Virus record (IMG/VR): IMGVR_UViG_3300032268_001383
Span: 34,742-98,741 of that record
Strand: one strand, 5' to 3'
Source: a virus
Length of the DNA: 64,000 bases
The first letter of the stretch is position 1. Every line of letters begins with the position of its first letter. The notes under the pieces are model-generated. The model did not search any database, was not told where the DNA came from, and saw nothing but the letters and a program-made list of their open reading frames with translations. The translations under genes and the position numbers were made by a program. Below are positions 1-10,484 of the stretch, piece after piece.

Positions 1-9
1 TCTAAGGAA

Positions 10-372
10 TTGGAATTAGACAAAATAAGTAAAGGTTTATCTAATCAAGATTATTTCTTTTCAAGAAAAGAAGTAGATAAAACTTGGGAATTTGAATACT
101 TTGATATTTATGTTGAGAATATGCACTTTCAACAAGGTTACGTTATAGTTCCAATAGAAATTACCAGTGATGGATTTTTACATAGAATGTTTTTAGCTTA
201 TTCTCAAGATGAAGATATTTTCTATGGTTCAATGACTGGTGGAACCGGTATACAGAAAATTAAGAAGATGTTGGGTGAGTATAAGTTTGCATTTTTAGAA
301 GAAGCTACTTCTGAAATCGTGGATGAACTTTTACCCTCTGACTTTTGGGATGTCAGAGGATATTCTAATTAA
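10..372 (+). CDS. hypothetical protein (may be 5'-truncated by the window edge)
   Basis: 120-aa ORF, no recognised motif. Confidence 0.55.
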   Translation: MELDKISKGLSNQDYFFSRKEVDKTWEFEYFDIYVENMHFQQGYVIVPIEITSDGFLHRMFLAYSQDEDIFYGSMTGGTGIQKIKKMLGEYKFAFLEEATSEIVDELLPSDFWDVRGYSN

Positions 373-1004
373 AATTTGTAATTTTTTGACTTTTTGCGAC
401 TCTTAATTTGGCTGTTTGTGTTGTTTGATTCGGTGGCACCTATCTCAAGTCTAGCATTTTTTCTTTTAAGTACTACACCTTCAAGTAAATCTACTTTAGT
501 CCATTTATCAAATAGTTCTTTAAAGTTTGAAAGATAAGATTTAACTCTATAAACATTTTGACTTACTCCGAAAAGGTATTCTTTTTCGGAATTTTTTTGT
601 CCGAAAAGTCTATCTAAAAGTTCAATTCTTTGTTGAAAGGTTTCTCCTACTAAATATTCTGAATTGTAGACTAGAATATCAAATATAATCAACTTGTGGT
701 TAAATGATTGATTATTCTCGTCTTTTTTATTTTTGTTGAGATATTCACCGTTCAATACCATCCAACCTTTACCAGAGTAAAGATTTAAGATTTCTGCTTC
801 GTTAATTTCTACATTGGTTAATCTACCACCGTGTCTATTATAGACATAACAACTTGTGCCATTCATAAAGATTACAGCATTTGAACCGTTTGATTTAGGT
901 TGACAAATCATAGAGTCATCATCCCAAGTATTTAGGTGTTTCGGATCGATAGCATTTTTGGGTCTTGGTGGAAAGATGTAGTAGAAATTGTTATAGTCTA
1001 TCAT
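369..1004 (-). CDS. minimal ATP-dependent polynucleotide ligase / covalent nucleotidyltransferase (adenylation domain only)
   Basis: Motif I QPKSNG, motif III VLNGEY, IIIa IIFDIL, IV EGVVLK; no room for a C-terminal OB domain. Confidence 0.75.
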   Translation of the reverse strand: MIDYNNFYYIFPPRPKNAIDPKHLNTWDDDSMICQPKSNGSNAVIFMNGTSCYVYNRHGGRLTNVEINEAEILNLYSGKGWMVLNGEYLNKNKKDENNQSFNHKLIIFDILVYNSEYLVGETFQQRIELLDRLFGQKNSEKEYLFGVSQNVYRVKSYLSNFKELFDKWTKVDLLEGVVLKRKNARLEIGATESNNTNSQIKSRKKSKNYKF

Positions 1005-1057
1005 AGTTAGATTATTTATCTTACAAAGATAGTAAAAAAATTTCTAAATCAAAATTT

Positions 1058-3586
1058 TTATCCGAAAAATGTTGATGATGTTTCAAAAATAGGGTCTGTT
1101 GGTAGAGTTGCCCAATTATCTGTATTTGATAGTGTGGCTTTATACGAATATATCTTTTTACCACCTAATGAATTAATGTCGGTTGCATTTACGAATCCTA
1201 AATCTTGCGTGGCTGCTGGACTTAAATTAAGTAAAGCTTTACTTCCTGGTGTAGTTGACCTTAATAGAACTCTGGAGGCATTGGTTGCCGCGGTACACAA
1301 AAGTGCGGTATTGATTGTGTGAGTCTGTGTGGAGACTATTTGATGTGTTGCACCTGCTGATGTCAAACTCAAAGTCCCAACTGTAAATCCAGATGTGGCA
1401 AAAGTTGTACCAGTAGATAGTGATAACGTACCGGTTGCACTCAAAAGATTAGTTAGTGTTAATGTAACACCACCGGTTGATATATTATTCCAAGACATAC
1501 CATTTGTCGCCAAAGTAGTGTTTGCTCCAATATTTAGTGTTGAACCTGTGGTGGTAACAGTTCCTGCCGTGTATGTTAAAGTTCCGGTGTTATAATTTAC
1601 GGTTCCGGAAATTGTAATTGTGCCTGATGTGTTAATAGTTAGGTTATTTCTTAAGGCAAGACCGCCGCCACTCCAAGTACCTGTACCAGTTAAAAATAAA
1701 TTAGTTGTCCCTGTTACTACGTTACCGTTATTATTAGTAAAATTACCATTTATTGAAATCTGATTGGAATTTATAGTCATCGTAAACCCTATATTTGAAA
1801 AGGTCAGATTATTGACAACTAAGTTATTTGGAACATTAAAAGTACCACAGAAAACTACTAAATTTGCTGAATTCAAAACTAATTGTCCCGCACCAGAAAA
1901 AGAATTTGTGGTAACTGAACCACTGCCGAGAGTAAAAGTTCCGGTGGCTGTTAGATTATTTGTAAGTGTAATCGTTGTGTTGCCAGTTATTGTAATATTG
2001 TTCCAGCTAATTCCATTAGTAGAAAGAGTGGCTGCCGAAGTTATTGATAGTGTAGAACTTGTCGTAATGACTGTTCCGGCAGTATAAGTAAGAGTTCCGG
2101 TAGTATAAGTAAATGTACCAGAGACTGTGATAGTTCCTGCTGTGTTAATTGAAAAATTATTAGTTATACCTAAATTAGCAGTTACTGTTCCTGTACCAAC
2201 CATCACAATTGTCGTGGTACCAGTTATACCAGCTCCGCTTAATGTTATGCTTCCACTAATAGAAAGTGTATTACTTGTTAAGGTAAGGGTATTTCCACCA
2301 TTGGTAAAATTTCCACCTACGTTGAGATTGTTTCCAAGTGTAATTGTTATTACACCTCCACTTGTAGTTATATTGTTCCAACTCATCCCATTTGTAGTAA
2401 GAGTAGTCGATTGACTTATATTCAATGTAGAACCTGTGGTGGTAACAGTACCTGCAGTATAAGTAAGAGTTCCTGTATTGTAATATACATTCCCTGATAT
2501 TGTGAGTGTTCCAGCAGTATTGATGGTTAGATTATTTATGATTGTTGGTGTATTCGTAGCACTCCAAGTACCGGTTCCTGTTAAAACAAGATTTGTTGTA
2601 CCCAAACAAATTCCATTATTACTTGAACTCAAATTGCCAGTAATATTTATAGTATTTGAATTTAACGTAACATTACTTGCGCTATTAACCAATATTGCAT
2701 TCGTAACTGTTATATTGTTTGGTAGTGTAGTAGTGCCTGCACTTGCAATTAAGGGTCCAGTAGGATTAAAAGTAAAAGCTCCAGAAAAACTTAATGTACT
2801 GCTATGTGACAATGTCAACGTTCCTGCAATGTTTAAGTTAGAGGACATTGTTATTGTATACGTACTACCGCCCGTTGTAAAATTATTCCAAGCAAAAGTG
2901 TTTGTGTTAAAAGTAGTCGCAGCTGATACGTTTAGTGTTGAACCAGTTGTGACAACTGTGCCAGCAGTGTAAGTTAACGTTCCTGTGTTGTAGTAGACAT
3001 TTCCAGAAATAGTTAGAGTACCAGCAGTATTAATAGTCAAATTATTTCGTATAGCCCCAGTAGAACTATTAGACCAAGTACCTGTACCATTGAAAACTAA
3101 TGAAGTTGTCCCAGAGACAATTGCTGTGGTATTTGATGTTAAATTACCTCCAATATTAAGTGTATTACCATTTATGATAGTAGTCGTAGTTCCACCAAAA
3201 GTTACAGTTCCTGTATTCGTCCAGTTTGCAGATAATGTGTATGTAATAGATGTTCCAGTAAAAGTCAGAGTTCTGGACCAAGTAACACCACCTGAAGTAA
3301 GTGTAGCTGTTCCAACAAGATTTATCCCGCTTGCGCCAGCTTGTGTATAACCTCCTGTTCCAAGATTAATTGTCCCGCTTGTATTTATAACATTATTAAA
3401 AGTGATTGTGCCTGTATAAAGTGCAAAAGTAATACCTATTAGGTTAGCAGTAGATACGTTAACTACAAGGTTACCTGAGGCAGCTGTAAAATTCACATTA
3501 TCACCCGCTAACGGTACAACACCACCTATCCAAGTTGAGGTTGCATTCCAATTACCTCCAGCATTTGATACCGTTCTTGTTGCCAT
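1058..3586 (-). CDS. Thr/Gly/Asn-rich beta-solenoid repeat protein, probable tail fibre/adhesin
   Basis: Four near-identical blocks NNLTINTAGTLTISGNVYYNTGTLTYTAGTVxTTGSTLN; very few charged residues; located in a structural operon. Confidence 0.7.
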   Translation of the reverse strand: MATRTVSNAGGNWNATSTWIGGVVPLAGDNVNFTAASGNLVVNVSTANLIGITFALYTGTITFNNVINTSGTINLGTGGYTQAGASGINLVGTATLTSGGVTWSRTLTFTGTSITYTLSANWTNTGTVTFGGTTTTIINGNTLNIGGNLTSNTTAIVSGTTSLVFNGTGTWSNSSTGAIRNNLTINTAGTLTISGNVYYNTGTLTYTAGTVVTTGSTLNVSAATTFNTNTFAWNNFTTGGSTYTITMSSNLNIAGTLTLSHSSTLSFSGAFTFNPTGPLIASAGTTTLPNNITVTNAILVNSASNVTLNSNTINITGNLSSSNNGICLGTTNLVLTGTGTWSATNTPTIINNLTINTAGTLTISGNVYYNTGTLTYTAGTVTTTGSTLNISQSTTLTTNGMSWNNITTSGGVITITLGNNLNVGGNFTNGGNTLTLTSNTLSISGSITLSGAGITGTTTIVMVGTGTVTANLGITNNFSINTAGTITVSGTFTYTTGTLTYTAGTVITTSSTLSITSAATLSTNGISWNNITITGNTTITLTNNLTATGTFTLGSGSVTTNSFSGAGQLVLNSANLVVFCGTFNVPNNLVVNNLTFSNIGFTMTINSNQISINGNFTNNNGNVVTGTTNLFLTGTGTWSGGGLALRNNLTINTSGTITISGTVNYNTGTLTYTAGTVTTTGSTLNIGANTTLATNGMSWNNISTGGVTLTLTNLLSATGTLSLSTGTTFATSGFTVGTLSLTSAGATHQIVSTQTHTINTALLCTAATNASRVLLRSTTPGSKALLNLSPAATQDLGFVNATDINSLGGKKIYSYKATLSNTDNWATLPTDPIFETSSTFFG

Positions 3587-3855
3587 TAATCACCTAATCC
3601 TAATTTTCTTTGCTCTGTAACCGCTCTGTTGGAAATACCTAATTCGATATCAGCATTAGACTGAGGGTTAAAGTGCGCGATATCAACAATGTGTAAACCA
3701 TATCCTGAAAGATCATATTCTACCTTAGTTTTTACAGTTTTAGTAGTCCAGTTTACTTCTGTGTCAGGGATTTCATTTCCGTTTTCATCATATTGGAATA
3801 TAGTGTGATTATTAGTTATTTCTTCTGTTTCTAAAATTTGATAAGTGTATGACAT
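3586..3855 (-). CDS. hypothetical protein (tail-fibre operon)
   Basis: 89-aa ORF translationally coupled to the next gene (TAATG overlap at 3586). Confidence 0.65.
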   Translation of the reverse strand: MSYTYQILETEEITNNHTIFQYDENGNEIPDTEVNWTTKTVKTKVEYDLSGYGLHIVDIAHFNPQSNADIELGISNRAVTEQRKLGLGD

Positions 3856-3872
3856 ACTTGATTAATCTTTTT

Positions 3873-4985
3873 TTATATTATATAACATTTTATAGATAAA
3901 GTTACTTTTTGAATACCACTACAAGAATCTACATTGAATCTAATAAATTCATTTTCAGAGACTGATGTTGTCCAAGAAGATAAAGCCAAATCTTGATTTT
4001 TACTTTGAGTAGCCAATGTCGGTCTTTCTGTTCCTGTAATACTATTAGAGGCAGATGGTGGGTAATTAGCATAAGTATTTTTCCAAACATCTATTACAAT
4101 ACTTCCTGTTTGAGGACTAAATAGGGTCCAAGAATCAATTGTAAGATTATATGGAATAAAAACATCACCTTTTACACCTGTTGTGATATCACTACCTGCC
4201 CCATCTAATGATATACCAATTGTTCTTATTAGTGAAGAAGTAGAACCTGGACCAGCCGGTCCAGTTGCACCTTGTGGTCCAGTCGCGCCCTGTGGACCTG
4301 GTATTCCTGTGCTAATAGGTATAAATATTAAATCTTCATCATTAGAAAAGGTGTACCCACCCCCTTGATATGAAACCGGAAATTCCCAATAGAAATTCGG
4401 ACTCGACCCAAATTGAGAAGGTGTTGATGATACTAACCAATCTTGGTAGTAATTAGATATAGTGGAGTTTTGTATAATTATCGAATCGTTGATAGAAATA
4501 AAAGACAAAAATAAATCAATGTCAATATTGTCCTGAGTTGTCATATTAACAAAAATAGAAGTTGAGCTCGATTGTGTAACATTGTTCCAACTTAAATATC
4601 CAGAACCTGGGTCACCACTATATATTGTTGTGTTTGCCTTATAATCATAAAAACTCAGTGATCTACCGTTAGATCCAGCAGGACCTGTTGGTCCAGCAGG
4701 ACCTGTTACCCCTATTGAGCCTATTGGACCCGTTGGACCTGTTGGGCCATTGGCACCTGTGGCACCTTGTGGTCCTGTCAACCCTATCGACCCAGTGGGT
4801 CCAGCAGGTCCTGTTGCCCCCTGAGATCCAGTCAACCCAGTATCACCAATTTGTCCTTGTGGTCCGATTGGATTAACATTTCCTAAAGTTTCCCAAGCAT
4901 AACCATTCCATTTCCAAGAATCACCTGATGTTGGATTTGTATAAACTTGACTAAAAGTCGGATTTATTGGAAATATTATTGGCAT
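3873..4985 (-). CDS. collagen-like (Gly-X-Y) tail fibre protein
   Basis: [25 protein letters not shown] tracts; N-terminal FPINP...WKWNGYAW module typical of phage fibres. Confidence 0.8.
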   Translation of the reverse strand: MPIIFPINPTFSQVYTNPTSGDSWKWNGYAWETLGNVNPIGPQGQIGDTGLTGSQGATGPAGPTGSIGLTGPQGATGANGPTGPTGPIGSIGVTGPAGPTGPAGSNGRSLSFYDYKANTTIYSGDPGSGYLSWNNVTQSSSTSIFVNMTTQDNIDIDLFLSFISINDSIIIQNSTISNYYQDWLVSSTPSQFGSSPNFYWEFPVSYQGGGYTFSNDEDLIFIPISTGIPGPQGATGPQGATGPAGPGSTSSLIRTIGISLDGAGSDITTGVKGDVFIPYNLTIDSWTLFSPQTGSIVIDVWKNTYANYPPSASNSITGTERPTLATQSKNQDLALSSWTTSVSENEFIRFNVDSCSGIQKVTLSIKCYII

Positions 4986-5013
4986 ATTATTCGTAATAAC
5001 TTAAATTTATATC

Positions 5014-6237
5014 TTATCTACTTATTTCTTCCCAGTCTAATGATGCAACAACCGTATCATTAGAACTATCAGAAGCAATTATTAAGGTAAGTTCAAACGG
5101 TGTTGATGTCAATCCGTTTCTTTCTAATTGAAACTTGAAAAGTGCCTCTTTTAAAATGTCAACTTGACTTGATGATAGATTTGTTGAGCTAAAAAACCCA
5201 CTTGCAAGTATTCTACCACCCGCAAAAGTAGCACCTGTAATATTGTATTCTACTGAAGAATTTGTTCCAGCGCTCACCCAACTACCCCCTGTTGTAGTAC
5301 CTGTTGCTACCATTTGCCAATTAAAATTACCCGTACTGATTGGCAAAATAGATAGAGCAGTTAGAATTACTATACCGTCGAGTCTTGTAGCTGTTAAGCG
5401 TAAACTTATTACCGGATAAAACGTTCCGGCTGTTCCTAATGTTCTTGGAGAATTAATAGGAATACCGATTGCTTGTTGTAGTCCATTAAGTTCATATCCA
5501 CCTTCCGATAATACAGATGAACATATCTGCTTTAAGGTACTTGCTCCACTCGTATCAGACGTATTTGTTATTTCATATCGTAATGGTAATGATGCTGTTG
5601 TGATATAAGTACTTGCGATAATATTAGCATGGTGAAACTTATGACAAACATAAAAATTTCCATTTATAACAAACCCAATTCTAACTGTTCCAAGACCTAA
5701 CCACTCAATATCCATAAATAAGATTTGAGCTTTTGTAATATCTAGTACTATGCCAGAAGGCCCGGTGCCATTCATAGTGTCAACATTCCATGATGATTGA
5801 TTTACTAGAGATTCAGTAACTACTCCAGTAACTAAACTTCTTTCAACAAAGCTAAGAGTAGAGTTGTCCAATTGAATATATAAACCATTTTCTGCCCCAT
5901 AATATCCAACCCTTTGTCTAAGACCAGTCTTAGCAGGGCTCATTACAAATGTGTTCAAGTTCAGTAAGCTTTTACCAGGCTGATATGAAAAAACCTTAGT
6001 AGTCTCTCTAATAATCTGAGAACCTGAAGCAGCAGTTACATTTAAGTCAACTAAGCCTTGAGTCAAATTAAATGTGGCGGTAGCTCCAGTTGCATCACTT
6101 GTTGACCATAATCCGTTATCTGCAAATCTATGACTTGAATCAAATAGAGTAAAGGGGTTACTAACTCGTAGTCTACCAAAAGCATCGAAATTTGGTGTGT
6201 TAGCAAATTTTATTTCATCTGTGTAAGTATATGACAT
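5014..6237 (-). CDS. putative virion structural protein
   Basis: 407-aa beta-rich ORF beginning DAFGRLRVSNPFTLFDS, between two collagen-like fibre genes. Confidence 0.6.
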   Translation of the reverse strand: MSYTYTDEIKFANTPNFDAFGRLRVSNPFTLFDSSHRFADNGLWSTSDATGATATFNLTQGLVDLNVTAASGSQIIRETTKVFSYQPGKSLLNLNTFVMSPAKTGLRQRVGYYGAENGLYIQLDNSTLSFVERSLVTGVVTESLVNQSSWNVDTMNGTGPSGIVLDITKAQILFMDIEWLGLGTVRIGFVINGNFYVCHKFHHANIIASTYITTASLPLRYEITNTSDTSGASTLKQICSSVLSEGGYELNGLQQAIGIPINSPRTLGTAGTFYPVISLRLTATRLDGIVILTALSILPISTGNFNWQMVATGTTTGGSWVSAGTNSSVEYNITGATFAGGRILASGFFSSTNLSSSQVDILKEALFKFQLERNGLTSTPFELTLIIASDSSNDTVVASLDWEEISR

Positions 6238-6244
6238 AATTTAT

Positions 6245-7102
6245 TTATATTGTTTTCCATAGTCCATTCCTAAAAAGAAAGGTAAGTGACATATTATTTA
6301 TTTTCATCAAAATATCAGAATATCCATTAATTGATTGTGTGCCACCTGGATAAACCCTAATACCCCTATTAAAATTAGAAATTCCACCTACTTCATCAGC
6401 AATAGTTATAATTTTTCCGTTATCAAGTGAAGCAGTACCAAGTGGTAGGTAAACTTCACAAATACCTCCTGTATATATTACGCCATAGTATTCATATTCA
6501 AAATCTGTTGAAAAAGAAGCTGAATTAATTCCTGTCGTAGTATAAGGTATATTATTTATCTGAGTAGGTTGAAACCAATTTGAACTTGTACCGTCACTTA
6601 TCCAAACATATTCATAACCTGTTTCTGAATGAATCCATCTGGCTCCAATGTTAGAAGCAGTCGGAACAATCGACTGAAAATAAAACTCACCAAAACCTGT
6701 TGCACCTGCCGGACCCGTAGAGCCTGTCGGTCCTGTGGATCCTGTCGGTCCTGATGGACCTGTTGGTCCTATTCCAAATATTGATGAAGTCCAAGAAGCC
6801 ACACCATTAGAATCACTAACTAAATAAAAACCATCCTGTTGAGAACCATCTGTTAATTGTAAACCACCATTTATTACTAAAACACCGTTCTGAAAAGTTA
6901 AATCAGGTACCGTTGTTAATCCAGAAGTTGTGCCATCTGAAATAATCAATTTATTGAGTAGTGGATTATTTACGATTGCACCACCAGTAATATTGATTAA
7001 ATTTCCATTACCATCATAAAATTTCCCATTAACATATTGAACCAATCTTGGATATAGCTCTGGTACAGACTGTTCAATTTTTAGGGGATTATATCTAGCC
7101 AC
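6245..7102 (-). CDS. collagen-like tail fibre protein
   Basis: GPTGPSGPTGSTGPTGSTGPAGATG tract; GTG start; TTAATATATA motif 23 nt upstream. Confidence 0.75.
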   Translation of the reverse strand: MARYNPLKIEQSVPELYPRLVQYVNGKFYDGNGNLINITGGAIVNNPLLNKLIISDGTTSGLTTVPDLTFQNGVLVINGGLQLTDGSQQDGFYLVSDSNGVASWTSSIFGIGPTGPSGPTGSTGPTGSTGPAGATGFGEFYFQSIVPTASNIGARWIHSETGYEYVWISDGTSSNWFQPTQINNIPYTTTGINSASFSTDFEYEYYGVIYTGGICEVYLPLGTASLDNGKIITIADEVGGISNFNRGIRVYPGGTQSINGYSDILMKINNMSLTFLFRNGLWKTI

Positions 7103-7153
7103 CTTTAACTTTTAGTATTTATTTTTATATATTAAAAAAGACAATTTTAGAAT

Positions 7154-7651
7154 ATGAAAAAAAGGGAAATAAAAAAATTGGCAAAAAAGATATTTGGTCA
7201 TGCAAAAGAATTTGAAAGAAAAAAATATAATTCGGAAGAGTGTTCTATAAAAGAAATTTCGGAATCAATAGAATACTGCCCATATGACGAAAAAATATCT
7301 GAAAAGTTTTTCAAATTTGTAACCAATCTTGTCAAAGTTAAAGATAAGTTGAGTATTGACTATTATAGAGAAGGAATTAACATCTTCTGTGACTTAAACA
7401 GATATAAAAGTAATAAATACACAACTGAGTCTAATTTTGAAATTAGGATAGACAAAGAAGGATTCAGACTCAGAAGAGATTACGGTAGTTATCTTAGTTT
7501 TACTGATATTACTTTCTTAGAGAAAATAAAACCTGTTATTAAAGAAAAAAATGAATTAGTCTCAAGAGAAAAAATAGTCGAGACAGTTGATGACTTGACA
7601 ATCGAGTTGGGACTGAGTCGAGAAAATAATTTAGATGAAATTTTAGCATAA
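7154..7651 (+). CDS. hypothetical protein with C-terminal RxxxLxxIL motif
   Basis: 165-aa ORF ending SRENNLDEILA. Confidence 0.7.
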   Translation: MKKREIKKLAKKIFGHAKEFERKKYNSEECSIKEISESIEYCPYDEKISEKFFKFVTNLVKVKDKLSIDYYREGINIFCDLNRYKSNKYTTESNFEIRIDKEGFRLRRDYGSYLSFTDITFLEKIKPVIKEKNELVSREKIVETVDDLTIELGLSRENNLDEILA

Positions 7652-7653
7652 AT

Positions 7654-9369
7654 ATGTATATAAAAGAAATAAAAATTAAGAACTTCAAATCATTTGGAAA
7701 TTCAGAACAAACATTAAAATTGAGTACCGAAAAGGGTGAATTGATACTACTATCGGGAAGTAACGGAAATGGAAAAAGCTCTTTAATGAATTCTGTGGAT
7801 TTTTCACTTTATGGCAAATGTAAGGGTAATAAGAAAAAATGGGCAACACAATCAACTCTACCAAATAGAATTAATGGTGGTGATCTTTCAGTTCATATCA
7901 AATTCGAATCCGGTGGAACTGAAGTGGAAGTTATCAGGGGAATCAGTCCGAACTTTTTGAAGCTTTATGAAAATGGTGTAGAAAATGATAGAGCAGGAAA
8001 GGCAAATATAGACGAAAAAATAGAAAACTATATTGGAATGGATTTAGAAACTTTTAAATCCTTTATTTCACTAAGTATCAATGACTTCAAAAACTTTATT
8101 TCTCTATCCAATGAAGAAAAACAACTCTTATTAGATAAATTGTTTAATCTCGAAGTAATTAATATCTTAAATCAAATTTTGAAAGATTTAAATAAAAATA
8201 ATAAACTACAATTAACTAAATACGATTCCGAGATTTCTACTTTAGAGGAATCAATTCAATCTATTAAAGCAAGTATTCAAAAGGCAGTCGAGAAAGAAAA
8301 GTTAAACATTCAACTTGAAATTGATGAGATTAAAGTGCAAATGACTTCTAAAAAGGAAGAATTTTTATCTTTGAAAGAAAAAGTAGAAAAGATAAAGCAA
8401 AAAGAATTGGAATTAAAGACTGAAAGTGATAGGGAAAGAGAACAATATATTACTCTTAATTCTGAAATAAAGTCTGCTCAAAAAGATATAGATCTTTATG
8501 ATTCTGGTAAATGCCCAACTTGTGCAACAGATTTCAATACAAATCATTTTATTTCACTAAAAGATACCCTAGTAGAAAAGAAGGGGGGTTTAGAATCAAT
8601 TAGAGCTGAAATTGAATCTAATATGAAATTGATTAGAGAAAGGCAAACTAAACTTCAAACTTTATCTGATTCAACTACAAAATCTTTTAATGATATAAAT
8701 TACTTACTTAAAAACTATAAAGGTCAAATCGATAAATTAGAATCACAAAGAGAAAGAGAAAAAGGTGAATCAAATTCTAATGTAGTTGAGTTTGAAAATA
8801 CTATAAATGAGTTAAATATTAGAAAAGAAAGGGGAATAGAGCATCAAACACTATGTAGAGAAAAAGAGTCCTATTATAAAGAGTTGTCTAAAATATTTGG
8901 TGAGGATGGTGTTAAAAGGAGTATTATTGCTGGAATCATTAAACCAATTAATCATTTCATCAGTGGTAATATCTCTAAGATGAATTTACCTTTTCAGGTA
9001 GAATTGGACGAAACATTTACTGCACAAATAAAACAATTTGGGATGCCGATTGAGCAGGATTCGCTTTCTACTGGTGAGACAAAATTAATAAATCTTTCTA
9101 TATTGACTGCTTATTTGAAGTTAATTAGAACTAAAAAGAATATAAATATTCTTTTTTTGGATGAGGTATTTTCTTCTATTGACATTGAAAATATCGAAAA
9201 AATATTAAACTTATTGAAATCTTTTGCTAATGAATATAAGATAAATATATTTGTAGTACATCACGCTATGATGAATGAAGAATTATTCGATAGAATTTTA
9301 AGAATAGATAAGAATGTATTTACGGAAATTATTGAGGTTGAATTAGAGAAACAAATGGGTAATGTCTAA
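7654..9369 (+). CDS. Rad50/SbcC-family recombination ATPase (T4 gp46-like)
   Basis: Walker A GSNGNGKS, coiled coils with zinc hook CPTC, signature LSTGE, Walker B LFLDE, H-loop VVHH. Confidence 0.93.
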   Translation: MYIKEIKIKNFKSFGNSEQTLKLSTEKGELILLSGSNGNGKSSLMNSVDFSLYGKCKGNKKKWATQSTLPNRINGGDLSVHIKFESGGTEVEVIRGISPNFLKLYENGVENDRAGKANIDEKIENYIGMDLETFKSFISLSINDFKNFISLSNEEKQLLLDKLFNLEVINILNQILKDLNKNNKLQLTKYDSEISTLEESIQSIKASIQKAVEKEKLNIQLEIDEIKVQMTSKKEEFLSLKEKVEKIKQKELELKTESDREREQYITLNSEIKSAQKDIDLYDSGKCPTCATDFNTNHFISLKDTLVEKKGGLESIRAEIESNMKLIRERQTKLQTLSDSTTKSFNDINYLLKNYKGQIDKLESQREREKGESNSNVVEFENTINELNIRKERGIEHQTLCREKESYYKELSKIFGEDGVKRSIIAGIIKPINHFISGNISKMNLPFQVELDETFTAQIKQFGMPIEQDSLSTGETKLINLSILTAYLKLIRTKKNINILFLDEVFSSIDIENIEKILNLLKSFANEYKINIFVVHHAMMNEELFDRILRIDKNVFTEIIEVELEKQMGNV

Positions 9370-9625
9370 AAAAATAAAAAGGCTTGATACTATTGATGAA
9401 GTTTTAGATTTCATAAATGAAGTGTCGATTGAGGTAGTCCAAAATTGGGCTCAAATTTCAGTAATATTAATTCAACTTGCTAAACATAATAGGATAGACG
9501 AATGGATGGACTGTAGAAAAAAATTAAAAGAAATATATATCGAATATCCAGAATTATCTAAAATTAGAATTTTTTACGCAAAAGAAATTCTTAGAGAAAT
9601 AAAATTAAAAAAAATATTAGTATGA
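9362..9625 (+). CDS. hypothetical protein with C-terminal RxxKLxxIL motif
   Basis: 87 aa, ends ILREIKLKKILV; overlaps its neighbours in the operon. Confidence 0.65.
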   Translation: MSKKIKRLDTIDEVLDFINEVSIEVVQNWAQISVILIQLAKHNRIDEWMDCRKKLKEIYIEYPELSKIRIFYAKEILREIKLKKILV

Positions 9626-9930
9626 AAAAGATAGTTTTACATTTCTCAGATGGTTATAAAATGGACGTTATAGAAAATTTAGAGCAAATTAATCTTGTTG
9701 AAAATTTTAATTCTTTTTATGATGATTTAATCGTGGAAAGTATAAATAATATAGAATACAAATTTTCTGGATTTGAAAATGAGTATCAAATCTTCAACAT
9801 TCAAACAAGAGAATTATATAATATCATAGATCAAAATGAAGTAGTGAAAGTTTCTATGCAACTTGATGAAAATGAATTTAATCAAATTTTAAAAATAATA
9901 AAAAGAAAAGAAAATGATTTCAACAATTAA
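9622..9930 (+). CDS. hypothetical protein
   Basis: 102-aa ORF in a tightly overlapping operon. Confidence 0.6.
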   Translation: MKKIVLHFSDGYKMDVIENLEQINLVENFNSFYDDLIVESINNIEYKFSGFENEYQIFNIQTRELYNIIDQNEVVKVSMQLDENEFNQILKIIKRKENDFNN

Positions 9931-10198
9931 AAATATTATTTCAACGAGAAAATCTATTTTTAGATTTCTTTATTTTTTCATTCTAAGTTTTATATTTTTC
10001 CAAGTCATTGAGATGTCAATACATCACTTTTTTGGAATAGATTTACACAACCTAAAATTTGGTTGGATTGGACTTGTAATAGTCTATGGATTCAAATACC
10101 ATATTTTTTGTTGTATCTTACCAGCAATTTGGGCTGGATATAAATGTCGTCACAAAAATTGTAAACATGAGCACTGTAAAATCGACGAAAGCAAGTAG
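9914..10198 (+). CDS. small membrane protein with Cys/His-rich C-terminus
   Basis: Hydrophobic segments followed by HIFCC...CRHKNCKHEHC. Confidence 0.6.
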   Translation: MISTIKNIISTRKSIFRFLYFFILSFIFFQVIEMSIHHFFGIDLHNLKFGWIGLVIVYGFKYHIFCCILPAIWAGYKCRHKNCKHEHCKIDESK

Positions 10199-10484
10199 AA
10201 GTGCGGCAATGGCTGCAGCTCCAGCATCGAGAAGTATAACTTCAACTTCAAATAATTCAAATATTTGGTATACAGGAACTACAGGTGCAGGTAACATATC
10301 ATGGAATCCACCTAATTCGAACATAGATGACCTAATTGAATATATAGATTTACTATATAGTATAGTTGGTGTTGATATTAAATTCGATGGATTCTGTAAG
10401 ATGTCAGAATCAGAGAGGAAAAGTTTCATCAGAGAAATAAAAATAGAAAAAATAATTAACAAAGATGATAATAATAGAAGTTAA
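10167..10484 (+). CDS. hypothetical protein (start re-assigned to ATG 10167)
   Basis: In-frame ATG gives MSTVKSTKASRS and reduces the overlap with the upstream gene; near C-terminal IREIKIEKII motif. Confidence 0.6.
   Translation: MSTVKSTKASRSAAMAAAPASRSITSTSNNSNIWYTGTTGAGNISWNPPNSNIDDLIEYIDLLYSIVGVDIKFDGFCKMSESERKSFIREIKIEKIINKDDNNRS

Noticed and set aside
1134-3350. Several plus-strand Val/Pro-rich ORFs (1134, 1395, 1764, 2127, 2502, 3090)
   Set aside because: Antisense shadows of the Thr/Gly-rich repeat gene; the same applies to the other nested ORFs in the track (e.g. 40343, 42141, 45689-47110, 60481)
1058-7102. Diversity-generating retroelement or invertible tail-fibre system
   Set aside because: No reverse transcriptase or recombinase, and no adenine-specific TR/VR pair or inverted repeats seen in the window
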